This document shows, piece after piece, positions 29,242 to 39,311 of a DNA stretch of 64,000 nucleotides. The stretch lies in contig JAGVXT010000022.1 in assembly GCA_018303655.1 (NCBI GenBank), positions 2,633-66,632 on the forward strand, in the 5' to 3' direction. A model generated the notes under the pieces. The model ran no database searches and had not been told where the DNA came from. It was given only the letters and a program-made list of their open reading frames with translations. The stretch comes from Candidatus Woesearchaeota archaeon. Its GTDB lineage: Archaea; Nanobdellota; Nanobdellia; Woesearchaeales; GW2011-AR4. Positions within the stretch are counted from its first letter, which is position 1; each line of letters begins with the position of its first letter. Made by a program: the position numbers and the translations under genes.

Positions 29242-29694
29242 TCAACACTCATCGCTATTGCCACCAGCCTCGTTAAGTTTTCTGCATAACTCGTTAACCC
29301 TTGCTGTCAGCCTGCTGATCTGCTCATTGGCTGCAATCAGGCTGTTTTGCACTTGCTGAAATTGCTCTTGCAGTTTGTTAAAGCTTGTTTTTGCGCTTTC
29401 AAGCTCTGATTTTAATGAATTTAACTCAGCCTGCAGATTGTCTTTGTCTGCTTTAAGCTCCTCATTCTCGGTTTTTAAGTCAAAATACCCTTTTTCCAAA
29501 GCTTCTTTGCCTTTCTGAAAGCTTTCTTTTAATTGGACAGTTTCGTTAAATTTTTCCAAAACCACTTTTCCCGTTGAGTCCTGAAACTTTTCCAAATTTT
29601 TATTGTACTGCATTGAGACATTTTTCAAAGCATTATCGTAATAAGCGGTGCTCCATGCAAATACCAGCAATAGAACTATTATAAGCAACAGCAA
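29242..29694 (-). CDS. Membrane-anchored coiled-coil protein
   Basis: N-terminal TM LLLIIVLLLVFAW, then heptad-rich NEELKADKDNLQAELNSLKSELESAKTSFNKLQEQFQQVQ. Non-ATG start, so the exact start is uncertain. Confidence 0.5.
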   Translation of the reverse strand: MLLLIIVLLLVFAWSTAYYDNALKNVSMQYNKNLEKFQDSTGKVVLEKFNETVQLKESFQKGKEALEKGYFDLKTENEELKADKDNLQAELNSLKSELESAKTSFNKLQEQFQQVQNSLIAANEQISRLTARVNELCRKLNEAGGNSDEC

Positions 29695-29866
29695 AAACCT
29701 GTTAACATCTTTTTTGATGATAATCAGCCACCCTTACAGCAACTATAGAAGAGCAAATATAAATATTTGCCCATCAGGGCATCATTCACCTATCAACAAG
29801 TGCCGCGGAACAAGCAGCGTATCGTAAAAGAAATGTTTTTATAGAATCTCGTTGGGCAGATTCATA

Positions 29867-30205
29867 ATGAATACTACCAAGATTATAAAAGAAGTGAGTT
29901 TAGAAGAATTTAAGGGTATAATATCTAAATATAAAGCTAATATTTTCACTAATCCTCATTCTCTCGACCATTTGAGTGATGCTTAAAGAAAAGTATTTAA
30001 AGAACAGAGCTTAATTGATACTTTATTAAAAGAAAATCCCAGAGGAGTTGGCTTGCAGCGAAATGGCAGGTATGCAGCCTTTTACAGAAGAAATTGGGGC
30101 TTCCTTAGAATAATACTGGAAATAAAAGACCCTAAACTTGAGATAATAACTTTTATAAACACAGAAACTATGCCTAATCTAAAGAGACTCGAAAATGGAA
30201 AGTAA
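29867..30205 (+). pseudogene. DUF4258-like toxin gene interrupted by an in-frame TAA (29984-29986)
   Basis: MNTTKIIKEVSLEEFKGIISKYKANIFTNPHSLDHLSDA*RKVFKEQSLIDTLLKENPRGVGLQRNGRYAAFYRRNWGFLRIILEIKDPKLEIITFINTE... The same frame runs on both sides of the stop. The 3' end overlaps the next ATG by 11 nt. Confidence 0.5.
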
Positions 30206-30596
30206 ACATCTTGATGCAAGAGGAAAGGGAGAATATACATACGATTTTAGAAATGATATACTACTTTTTAAGATTAAAAATAGAGAATATAATATGTCTA
30301 TTGAATTTGAAAATTTGGTTGTAGATATTGATAAAGAAGGGTTCATTACAGGATTAAGGATATTTGATGCTTCTCAATTATTTAAGTTGTCCAAGATTGC
30401 TTTAAATAAAGTTAGAAGTTTTGAATTTAATACAAAAGTAGAAACTGGAGATAAAAAAGAAAAGGTTATTACAATACAATTAAGATTTGTTCCGATGTTA
30501 AGAAATAAGCCTATGATAAAGCAAGGGCAAGATATAGTTAGAGAAGCATTTAGCTCACAGATTAAGAATTCTGAAGTTCTTTGCACAGTTGCTTAA
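30195..30596 (+). CDS. DUF2283 (YuzE-like) protein, putative antitoxin partner
   Basis: YTYDFRNDILLFKIKN...ENLVVDIDKEGFITGLRIFDASQLF matches the YDxxxDxLYI...vDxDxxGxixGiEIlxAS pattern. Confidence 0.55.
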   Translation: MESKHLDARGKGEYTYDFRNDILLFKIKNREYNMSIEFENLVVDIDKEGFITGLRIFDASQLFKLSKIALNKVRSFEFNTKVETGDKKEKVITIQLRFVPMLRNKPMIKQGQDIVREAFSSQIKNSEVLCTVA

Positions 30597-30726
30597 AGCT
30601 GGATATATTATTTCTATGATGGTTTTGCTAATAGTGCAGATTAAAAGCCCAGCAGATACAGAGCAAGCAGCACAATATAATAAACTATTTAAATGGTGGC
30701 TTTGAGCTAAAATAAGCTGTTTTGCT

Positions 30727-31284
30727 ATGATTGGCTTTATAGACTTTATCAGAAAAAAGCACCATTATGGAAGGTACAAGATAGTTAAAAGCCTGATAAA
30801 AAACAAGAGCAAAAACCTGCTGGACATAGGATGCGGGGCGCCTGCAAAATGCATGAAGGACGGAAGCTTTTTAAGATACCTTGGGTACGGGCAGGGGATA
30901 GACATCGAGCCAAGAAAAATAGAATTCAAGTTCAAATTGGGGAGCATAACAGACATACCTCATAAAGACAGGCAATTTAATGTTGTTACTGCAATAGAGG
31001 TTATAGAGCATATTGATAATCCAATGCCTGCGCTAAAGGAGATTCACAGGGTTTTAAAGGACAAGGGAACTTTTGTAATGACTACCCCGAACAACAACTT
31101 ATTTTTCAAAACATTTTGGTGGCTTTGGGAAAAAACATTCGGGCAGGAATGGCACTCCACGCACCTGACAACATACAAGAAAAATGAATGGCTCTCTCTT
31201 ATTAAAAAGAGCGGCTGCTTCAATATAAAAAAAGTAATAGATTACTGGCACATAAACACAATTATTGAGATGGAAAAAGCCTAA
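30727..31284 (+). CDS. Class I SAM-dependent methyltransferase
   Basis: LLDIGCGAP (motif I), VVTAIEVIEHI and GTFVMTTPN. Confidence 0.7.
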   Translation: MIGFIDFIRKKHHYGRYKIVKSLIKNKSKNLLDIGCGAPAKCMKDGSFLRYLGYGQGIDIEPRKIEFKFKLGSITDIPHKDRQFNVVTAIEVIEHIDNPMPALKEIHRVLKDKGTFVMTTPNNNLFFKTFWWLWEKTFGQEWHSTHLTTYKKNEWLSLIKKSGCFNIKKVIDYWHINTIIEMEKA

Positions 31285-31292
31285 GGCATTTT

Positions 31293-33602
31293 ATGCAAAT
31301 GATTTCTAAAATAATAAAAAACAACAAGGGGCACACCATATCCATAGCATTGTTGTTTCTGCTGAGCGTATTTTTATTGCGCGATTACGCATTCGGCCCT
31401 TACTGGATACCAATGAGAGGAGATCCTGATCTGCCGGGTACAGGCACTGATTTTGTGTACCATGCGTCAAATTCCTACGTACTCAAAAAAGGAATGTCAA
31501 ATTTTGACATTCCCTTATGGAGCCCTTATACATTAGGCGGAATGCCTTTCTTTGCAAAGCCGCAGGTGCAGGTGTTTGATTTAACTTGGCTATTGCTGCT
31601 TATAGCTCCTAATGCATGGCTTGGCTTAAAATGGAGCTATCTTTTTCATTTTTTCCTGGCAGGAGTCGGCATGTATTTGTTTATGTATATTTACATGAAG
31701 CAGGATCCAAAAATCTCTTTTTTGACTGCATTGATATACATGTTCAATGGAAATATTCTTGCTGAAATTGCATCTGGGCATATGAATGTGCTTAATGTCT
31801 ACACATGGCTGCCTTTTATTCTGTTGTTTGCGTTATTGGCATTAAGCAGCAGGGAATGGGTGTTATTTTCAATTCTGGCCGGATTTACATTTTCATTTTT
31901 GATACTTGGAGGCAGCCCGCAGGAAGCGCTGTTCGCATCTTTTTTGTTTGCATTCATTTTACTAATCCACATAATCGGAAAAAACTTCTTCAAAAGGCTT
32001 GTTAAGGCATTTTTGATTGGAATTATTGTGCTTACGATCTTTTTGGGCATATCTGCAATAAAAATACTGCCTACACTGGAGATGCTGAAAATCACAGGCA
32101 CCAGAGAACAAGGCCTATCTTTTGACAGCCTTGTAGGTGATGGCATCTTCAATATCAAGAATTTTGCAACCACCTACATATCATTTTTCGGGATTATCGG
32201 AATCCTTTTGCTGCCATTCGCATTCTTAAGCATCAGGAAAAGGAAAACTGTTTTGTTTGCTGCTTTGCTCCTGTTTTCAATTGCAGTCCTGTCAAGGTCG
32301 CCTTTAATATACCTTATTTGGAAATATGTGCCTTTTGTCAGCAAAATCAGGGGCATTTTCAAAGTAATCTTTTTATTCACATTTCCTGCTTCTGTGTTGC
32401 TTGGAATAGGAGTTTCCAATGCCCTATCCAGCCTGCAAAATAAATTCAGGATAAACGGCAAACATTACCTGAATGCCATTTACTTGCTTGTTCTGATAGC
32501 AATAACAGTAAATTTAGCCGTTTTTGGGCCAAAGCAAATGCTATTTGACAACATAAATTCCCAGCTTGAGAAAAACCAGGTTATGAAGTACATGAGCGAA
32601 GATAAAGACCTCTTTAGGTTCAAGTCTTATGAAACAAACGGCATAGACTGGGGAACCGATTTTTATTCAATTCCCTTGAGCCTGCAGGATATATACGGCT
32701 ATGACAACATCTGGCTCTATAATTATATGCCTGTATTCTTGAGCGCTGCAAACAGCCAGCCTGCAAAAATGTTTGGAATACTGAACATGAAATACATGAC
32801 TTCCATGCAGCCAATCAACATTTCCGGCTTCGGCTTTGTCAAGAAATTTGAAGAGTGCGGCTTTCATGAGAATGGATATGACATATGCCAGCCAAAAAAA
32901 TCAGACGGCCCATATTTATACAAAAATGAGCTTTTCCTGCCGCGGGCTTATTTTGTAGACAATGCTGTATTGATCTTAGGCAACCCAAGCAATGTCGACA
33001 ATATGGTGTATATTTTGATGCTGAATGATAATTTTGACCCTTCCAATGCAGCAATAGTAATCGAAAACACGCTTGATAAAATGGAACTGGAAATTTTGCA
33101 AAAGTTTAAAGCTGTTATATTGCTAAATAACCCAAATGAGGCGGATGCCTATAAATTAAGGGAATACGCCAACAAAGGAGGAAAATTATTGCCCGATATT
33201 TTTGCCGGAGAAAACCAGCTGTCGGAAGCGAAAATAAACAGCTTATTATCCTCATTAAATGCAAATTACTCAAAAATAAAAAAGATTGATATTGATTACG
33301 ACTCGTATGACAGCTCTTTTGCAAGGCTTGATGGGCAAAGGGGCTTCTTAGTCTTAAGCGAGCAGTATTCCCAGTATCCTGGATGGGAAGCAGCCATCAA
33401 TGGCAAAGAGCTTGAAATTTTAAGGGCAAACAATTTGCTGACTGCAGTCTATGTCAACAATGAAAAAGGCACCTTAACCTTCAAATACAGGCCAAAGCCA
33501 TTTATGCATGGGGCATGGATAACTGTTGCTGCACTTTCCATCATGGTTTTATTTCTTTTAATAAAACTTTTTTACAGAAAGAAAAACAGCAGCGCAAAAT
33601 AA
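31293..33602 (+). CDS. YfhO-like GT-C membrane glycosyltransferase
   Basis: N-terminal GTDFVYHASNSYVLKKGMSNFDIPLWSPYTLGGMPFFAKPQ, about 12 TM segments, and a C-terminal YPGWEAAINGKELEILRANNLLTAVYV plus a final TM. This is the YfhO layout. Confidence 0.6.
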   Translation: MQMISKIIKNNKGHTISIALLFLLSVFLLRDYAFGPYWIPMRGDPDLPGTGTDFVYHASNSYVLKKGMSNFDIPLWSPYTLGGMPFFAKPQVQVFDLTWLLLLIAPNAWLGLKWSYLFHFFLAGVGMYLFMYIYMKQDPKISFLTALIYMFNGNILAEIASGHMNVLNVYTWLPFILLFALLALSSREWVLFSILAGFTFSFLILGGSPQEALFASFLFAFILLIHIIGKNFFKRLVKAFLIGIIVLTIFLGISAIKILPTLEMLKITGTREQGLSFDSLVGDGIFNIKNFATTYISFFGIIGILLLPFAFLSIRKRKTVLFAALLLFSIAVLSRSPLIYLIWKYVPFVSKIRGIFKVIFLFTFPASVLLGIGVSNALSSLQNKFRINGKHYLNAIYLLVLIAITVNLAVFGPKQMLFDNINSQLEKNQVMKYMSEDKDLFRFKSYETNGIDWGTDFYSIPLSLQDIYGYDNIWLYNYMPVFLSAANSQPAKMFGILNMKYMTSMQPINISGFGFVKKFEECGFHENGYDICQPKKSDGPYLYKNELFLPRAYFVDNAVLILGNPSNVDNMVYILMLNDNFDPSNAAIVIENTLDKMELEILQKFKAVILLNNPNEADAYKLREYANKGGKLLPDIFAGENQLSEAKINSLLSSLNANYSKIKKIDIDYDSYDSSFARLDGQRGFLVLSEQYSQYPGWEAAINGKELEILRANNLLTAVYVNNEKGTLTFKYRPKPFMHGAWITVAALSIMVLFLLIKLFYRKKNSSAK

Positions 33603-33691
33603 GCTAGCTTGAAATCAATAAATTTTTAAAAGATTTTGATTTTGATGCATAGGAATGGGGGCTCATAAATTATCTTATAACATGAATTAAC

Positions 33692-36235
33692 ATGAAAATA
33701 AAAATTTTGCAGATACTGGCAATAATATATTTTTTATTGATTTTTTTAATACTGAAAGCACACAGCATTTACCCTCTTATTTTTCTTATTGCAGCGTTGC
33801 TCATAGATAACTTCACAAAAATAAGAAACGGGATAAAAAATCTCTTTTATGTGACTGCGGCACTGTCCGTTTTTCCAAGCGTATTGGGCATTTTTTTGCT
33901 TTACCTGCCTTTTTGCGTGTTTGGGGCTTTGCTGTCAAAAAGAAGCTTTCTCAGAAATTATATATTTGCATTTGCCCTTTCATTCATACCGGTAAACATC
34001 ATCTATTTCGTAACAACCTACTTTTCAGTGCCATTAAGCTATCCTGTCATATTCCTTATTTTTTATTCCATTCCAATTGTCGGAATTATTCTGCTGAGAA
34101 CAAAGGCATTTGATTATATTGAGGTAGAAAACAGCGAATGCATCTGCATATTTATAGTGCTTTTTTTCACGGGCATAATAGCTTCGGGCATAATTGACGA
34201 TAAAAGCCTTTTCATGGCCAATGGCGTAAGGATTTTCACAAGAGTCCAGATTGCTGTTGAAGGGCTAAACAACAATGGATTGGTTCCGATATACAACCCA
34301 GGAATTGCAATGGGAGAGGCAACTTACCTGTGGAATGCGCCGTCATTCAAGGTTCATGCAGCCATAAATGATTATCTGCTCCAGCCCAAGTCGCACATAC
34401 ATTTTTTTAACTCATTGTCATTCTTTATTCTGCTTCTTTCCACCCTGTCTTTAAGCATATTATTCCGGTCAATAATAAATCAGGAAGAAACATATTCAAA
34501 TATGCTGATGGTTTCATCAGTTGCAGTCCTGACCGGGCTCAATTTCTATTTTTTGCAGATGCTTGAGAGCTTTAAGGCAAATTATCTTTATCCGATGGCG
34601 TACCTTTTTTTAAGCATAATACTTGACAATCCCAAGAAGTACAATGACTATCTGATCCTGATGTATTTTTCAGCGCTGTTCATCATCATTCACCTTCCCT
34701 ATGGCAGCGGGGTGCTCGTGATTGGGGCATGCCTATTTTTAATTACTAAAATTTATTATTTAAAAGACAAATCAGAGTTGCTTCATTTTTTCAATTGGGC
34801 AGTCAAAAATAAACTTATTATTACGATTACAATTGGCGTCATCTTATTATTTCCGATTTTCTACCTGTCGTCTGGGATTATTTACAAGGAATTTATTTAC
34901 CAGGAATTTGACACTACTTTGGGCCAGAAGATAACTATTGGCTCTGTAATATCTGAAAGCGCTAATTTTTTCAAGGGGTTTTATGGCAGGTCTAAAGAAT
35001 TTTTTTCAATAAAATATCCTGATGTCAACAGGATAGATGACCATAAAATAGGCTTTTTCCTCTCAGTTTTTGGGCTCTTATCCTTTTTTCTGCTGTTTGC
35101 ATTTTATAAGCTGGAACGGGCCGGAAAATTCAGGATATTTGCATTGGCATTTCTGCTGAACTTATTTTTATCCTCCTTGTTTTACAACAGGCTTAGCATA
35201 CTGCTTGGCGGGTTTTTCAGAACAACTCTTCCGTACCTTTTGATATTGATGGGTGCTTCGATCCTGGCATTTACATACCTGTTTAAAAATAAGCACATCA
35301 AGTATTTTTTGATTATTGCAATATTTATTGCCTTTATCCACACAATTCCGTATGCAAAGCAAAACATAAACAATATCCACAAGGAATATTTTGCAGGCGG
35401 GGACGTGTATAGGGAAGAAATTGAATTCATAAAAAAACTGCCTGCGGATGGAAGGATACTGACCTATGGGCTGTTCAACAATGCAGTTGATTTTGGAGGA
35501 AACTATCTCACAAAGGGATATTTTTCAAGGAATGAGCGATACGAGCTTGTTCTCGTCAGGACTCCTTTTGAGAAGGTTCACGGCCAGAATTCATTTGGAG
35601 ACGCGGAAATTATTCTAAACAAATCAGGCACTGAATTATCAAATTACCTGATAATAGGGGGATACAAATACTTATTCATTAATGCCTGCCATCCCATAGG
35701 AAACTACGTTGTTTCAGTACTTTACCCGAATTTTACATACCCAATATACCAAAATGGCTGCCTGCTGTTTTTAATTGTTAACAACACAAATTACATAGAA
35801 AAGGCGGAATTGGCAAAAAATGCTCCTGATGGAATATACAAGCAAAAAGACGGGTACAAATACATCACTCTAAGCACATACTACAATTTTGACAGAAACT
35901 TAAATTTCAGGGAAACTCCAAAAAAGCCGGAGGCGTTAAAGTTCCAGAGGCCATCGCCCACAGAAATCCAGATATCTGGAAATTTCGAAAAAGACGATTT
36001 TGTCGTGTTCAAGGAGCAGTACTTTGCCAGATGGAAGGCTTACATGAACAATAAGGAAGTTCCTGTGATGACAACTGCACAGGAAATGGTATTGATCAAA
36101 ACAGACAAAGGAAATAATATCCTGCTGAAATATATGGTTCTTCCAAAAGAAAAAATATTTGGCGTATTGTCACTTATCGCCCATCTGGGTTTGATTATTC
36201 TTTTTATTTATTTATTAAGGCAATCTATTTTGTGA
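33692..36235 (+). CDS. Large polytopic membrane protein, putative GT-C glycosyltransferase with YfhO-like C-terminus
   Basis: 847 aa with more than 14 TM segments. C-terminal YFARWKAYMNNKEVPVMTTAQEMVLIKTDKG plus a final TM mirrors the tail of 31293-33602. Confidence 0.45.
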   Translation: MKIKILQILAIIYFLLIFLILKAHSIYPLIFLIAALLIDNFTKIRNGIKNLFYVTAALSVFPSVLGIFLLYLPFCVFGALLSKRSFLRNYIFAFALSFIPVNIIYFVTTYFSVPLSYPVIFLIFYSIPIVGIILLRTKAFDYIEVENSECICIFIVLFFTGIIASGIIDDKSLFMANGVRIFTRVQIAVEGLNNNGLVPIYNPGIAMGEATYLWNAPSFKVHAAINDYLLQPKSHIHFFNSLSFFILLLSTLSLSILFRSIINQEETYSNMLMVSSVAVLTGLNFYFLQMLESFKANYLYPMAYLFLSIILDNPKKYNDYLILMYFSALFIIIHLPYGSGVLVIGACLFLITKIYYLKDKSELLHFFNWAVKNKLIITITIGVILLFPIFYLSSGIIYKEFIYQEFDTTLGQKITIGSVISESANFFKGFYGRSKEFFSIKYPDVNRIDDHKIGFFLSVFGLLSFFLLFAFYKLERAGKFRIFALAFLLNLFLSSLFYNRLSILLGGFFRTTLPYLLILMGASILAFTYLFKNKHIKYFLIIAIFIAFIHTIPYAKQNINNIHKEYFAGGDVYREEIEFIKKLPADGRILTYGLFNNAVDFGGNYLTKGYFSRNERYELVLVRTPFEKVHGQNSFGDAEIILNKSGTELSNYLIIGGYKYLFINACHPIGNYVVSVLYPNFTYPIYQNGCLLFLIVNNTNYIEKAELAKNAPDGIYKQKDGYKYITLSTYYNFDRNLNFRETPKKPEALKFQRPSPTEIQISGNFEKDDFVVFKEQYFARWKAYMNNKEVPVMTTAQEMVLIKTDKGNNILLKYMVLPKEKIFGVLSLIAHLGLIILFIYLLRQSIL

Positions 36236-36899
36236 ACCTGTCTCTTATAATCCGCCAGGTTATTATCAAGCCGTCCCTGTAGCGTATCTTTGACCTTCCC
36301 CTTCTTTTATCTCCATGCCGGTCATTATAGGGAATTATCACCTCTTTTATTTTACACCCATTTTTTAGTGCAGCAGTTATTGTCTGCACAGTTGAATCGC
36401 ATCCGGTTGCTGTGATTTTGCCGACAAACCTGCCTATCTTCATGAGCTTCATGCCTGAATTCACATCGGTAATATTGCCTCCGTACAGCAGCCTAACTAA
36501 AAATGTGTGGAACATGTTAGGCAGCCTGTTTAGGCGCCTTATATCTCTCATCATTCTTCCCGCATTTACAAGCTCATAGCCTTGTTTTGCAAATCCTGCC
36601 AGTGTTTTGATATAGCTTATGGGGTATGTCCTGTCGCAGTCAATAACAATAAGATGCGTATGGCCAAGTTTCTTCGCATTGGCTAATGACTCTATTATGC
36701 CGCTTCCATACCCTGGCTTTTTTCTTGAAAAAACCTTTACGCCCATGGATCTTGCAATCTTGCCGGTTCCATCAGTTGAATGCTCGTCGCTTACAATAAT
36801 CCCGTAATTGCAGCGCTTCCTGATGTTCCCAATCATGAACCTTATATTCTCTTTTTCATTTTTGGTTGGCAATTCTATGCAGAAGCTGTATTTCGTCAT
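36225..36899 (-). CDS. Family 2 glycosyltransferase (polyprenol-phosphate sugar synthase-like)
   Basis: FCIELPTKNEKENI, VSDEHSTDGTG and VIDCDRTYP (DxD). Confidence 0.7.
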   Translation of the reverse strand: MTKYSFCIELPTKNEKENIRFMIGNIRKRCNYGIIVSDEHSTDGTGKIARSMGVKVFSRKKPGYGSGIIESLANAKKLGHTHLIVIDCDRTYPISYIKTLAGFAKQGYELVNAGRMMRDIRRLNRLPNMFHTFLVRLLYGGNITDVNSGMKLMKIGRFVGKITATGCDSTVQTITAALKNGCKIKEVIIPYNDRHGDKRRGRSKIRYRDGLIITWRIIRDRFTK

Positions 36900-36956
36900 T
36901 GTAATTTTACTGCAAAAACAAAAAATTATAAAAACCTATCTGTTTGCTGACCAGCA

Positions 36957-37916
36957 ATGAAGAATGCCCTAATCACAGGCGCCACCGGATTTATAGGCGC
37001 GAATCTGGCAAGGGAATTAGCCAGCAGGAAGTTTAATGTTAATGTTTTAACACGGCACACTTCAAATTTATGGAGGCTTTCTGACATTAAGGATAAAATT
37101 AGAGCGCATAATGCTGATATTTTGGATGCTGACAAGCTGTCTGATGTTGTGCACGGCATCAAGCCTGATTATATATTCCACCTTGCCGCATACGGCGCTT
37201 ACCCGCGCATTGAAACTGACAAAAAAGCTATTCTTGAGACTAACATGATTGGCACGTATAACCTGCTTAAAGCTACCCTGGATATTCCGTACAGATGCTT
37301 CATAAATACCGGAAGCTCGTCTGAATACGGCACAAAAAACAAGGCAATGAAAGAGTCCGATGCCCCGGAGCCAAATACATTTTATGGCGCAGCCAAAGCA
37401 GCTGCAACAATGCTCTGCCAGAACTTTGCAAGGCAATACAAAAAGCCAATTATAACATTAAGGCCCTTTTCTGCTTATGGCTATTATGAAGAGCCATTTA
37501 GGTTAATACCTGATGTGATAATCAAATGCATCAACCAAAAAGACGTTCACTTGACAAGCGGCGGGCAGAAGCGGGATTTTGTTTTCATTGAAGACGTGAT
37601 TGATGCATACATGAAAGCGATTGAAAGGCCATCATCCGGGCTTGTGCTGAATGTAGGCTCCGGCTCTGATGTTTCTGTCAAGGAAGTTGCCAGCCTAATT
37701 CATAGGTTAATTAAATCAAAAAATAAGCTGCTCTTTGGCAAAAAGAGAAAAGAGCAATTCGAAACTGACATTTGCTGGAAAGCAGACACAGCAGCGATTA
37801 AAAAAGCGCTCAACTGGAAGGCTGAAACAAGCTTAATTTCAGGCTTAAAGAAGACAATCGAATGGTTCAGTCAGAATATGGAGCTTTATGGGAAAAAAAA
37901 GCAAGGAAATAATTAG
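36957..37916 (+). CDS. NAD-dependent sugar epimerase/reductase (extended SDR)
   Basis: ALITGATGFIGANLAREL, GSSSEYG and YGAAKAAA (YxxxK). Convergent with rfbH. Confidence 0.75.
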   Translation: MKNALITGATGFIGANLARELASRKFNVNVLTRHTSNLWRLSDIKDKIRAHNADILDADKLSDVVHGIKPDYIFHLAAYGAYPRIETDKKAILETNMIGTYNLLKATLDIPYRCFINTGSSSEYGTKNKAMKESDAPEPNTFYGAAKAAATMLCQNFARQYKKPIITLRPFSAYGYYEEPFRLIPDVIIKCINQKDVHLTSGGQKRDFVFIEDVIDAYMKAIERPSSGLVLNVGSGSDVSVKEVASLIHRLIKSKNKLLFGKKRKEQFETDICWKADTAAIKKALNWKAETSLISGLKKTIEWFSQNMELYGKKKQGNN

Positions 37917-39238
37917 CCATATTTCCGGAAAAATTCGTCAAAAGATTCCAGCATGAACTTTAATTTCTCCTGCGTTATTCCAGGATACACGCCGACAAAA
38001 AATGTATCGCGCATGACCTTGTCGGTGTTGGCAAGAGAGCCCCTGATTTCTTTGTCTATGTCGATATAAGCCGGTTGCTTCAGTATATTTCCTGCAAACA
38101 CCATCCTGGTTTCAATTTTCCTTGATTCCAGAAATGAGGTGATGTCCTGCCTGGTAAATCCACAATCATCCTTCAAGGTTATTGTGAACGCAAACCATGA
38201 CGGGTTTGCTTTGTTGTGCCATATGGGAAGAATTATCTTGTCTTCATATTTCTTTAGGTGGCTGTATATTGCTTTGAAATTGTCCCTTCTTTTTTTCACA
38301 AATTCCGGAAGCTTCTTCAGCTGCTCAATGCCTATTGCAGCCTGGAGATCAAGAACTTTTAGATTGTATCCTATCTCAGAATAGATGTATTTGTGGTCAT
38401 AGCCTTCAGGCAAATCTCCCAGATTCCATCCAAACCTTTTGTTGCATGTGTTTGAGAGTCCGGGCAAACACCAGCAATCCCTGCCCCATTCCCTGATTGA
38501 TTTCAAAATCTTGGCAGTCATTCCGTCTTGGGTTAAAACAGCGCCTCCTTCCCCCATTGTAATATGATGCGCAGGGTAAAAGCTTACAGTGCCAACATCT
38601 CCAAAAGTTCCGACATTTTTATTGCCAAAAGTTCCGCCGATTGCATCGCAGGTGTCCTCCATCAGCACAAGGCTATGATCTTCCTTCAAGTCCATCAAAA
38701 GGTCCATGTTGTTTGGGTTGCCTAAAGTATGGGGAATAACCATTGCTTTGATGTCGCTGCTAACAGCCTCTTTCAGAGCCTCTTCGCTTATGTTGCAAGT
38801 TCCTACATCAATGTCCACAAACACGGGCTTTAGGCTGTTCTGTATTATCGGCGCTAATGTTGTAGGGAAGGTAGTTGCTGGTGTTATCACCTTGTCACCG
38901 TTTTTTAATGGGCTGGGCATTCTTTTTGATTTAAGGGCAGTAACCGCAATCAAATTTGCGGATGAGCCTGAATTGGCAAGCACGGAAAACCTTGAGCCAA
39001 GCGCGGCAGCAAACTCCCTTTCAAATTTCACTCCTTTATCGCCATATGTAAGTGTAAAGTCAAGAAGATTGTCCACTGCCTCAATCATCTCATGCTCGTC
39101 AAAAACCCTTCCGGCATAATTTAGCTTGTCAATGCCAGGCTTGAATTCCTTATTTTCAAATTTAACATGATAAAGCTTTTTTACAAGCTCTTTTATCCTG
39201 TCCCTTATGGCATCTTCTGGCTCGTTCAATTTTTGCAC
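37913..39238 (-). CDS. rfbH: CDP-6-deoxy-D-xylo-4-hexulose-3-dehydrase (E1, RfbH/DdhC-like, PMP-dependent)
   Basis: DegT/DnrJ/EryC1 fold of about 440 aa with the long RfbH N-terminus. SFYPAHHITMGEGG carries His in place of the aminotransferase Lys, as in E1/ColD dehydrases. Confidence 0.8.
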   Translation of the reverse strand: MQKLNEPEDAIRDRIKELVKKLYHVKFENKEFKPGIDKLNYAGRVFDEHEMIEAVDNLLDFTLTYGDKGVKFEREFAAALGSRFSVLANSGSSANLIAVTALKSKRMPSPLKNGDKVITPATTFPTTLAPIIQNSLKPVFVDIDVGTCNISEEALKEAVSSDIKAMVIPHTLGNPNNMDLLMDLKEDHSLVLMEDTCDAIGGTFGNKNVGTFGDVGTVSFYPAHHITMGEGGAVLTQDGMTAKILKSIREWGRDCWCLPGLSNTCNKRFGWNLGDLPEGYDHKYIYSEIGYNLKVLDLQAAIGIEQLKKLPEFVKKRRDNFKAIYSHLKKYEDKIILPIWHNKANPSWFAFTITLKDDCGFTRQDITSFLESRKIETRMVFAGNILKQPAYIDIDKEIRGSLANTDKVMRDTFFVGVYPGITQEKLKFMLESFDEFFRKYG

Positions 39239-39311
39239 CCCGCTTTAAATTAATTATGCAACCAAATATTCGCCGAATATATTTAAATGTTTTCACCAAT
39301 AAACACAGCTT

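Noticed and set aside
29164-29290. Short ORF MYSVRQILKENWKPYLKVHNPTEYIK..., reminiscent of the N-terminus of IS91/Y2-type transposases
   Set aside because: Only about 25 residues of vague resemblance, no downstream transposase sequence, no inverted repeats, and it runs into the coiled-coil gene on the other strand. This is insufficient to call a mobile-element remnant.
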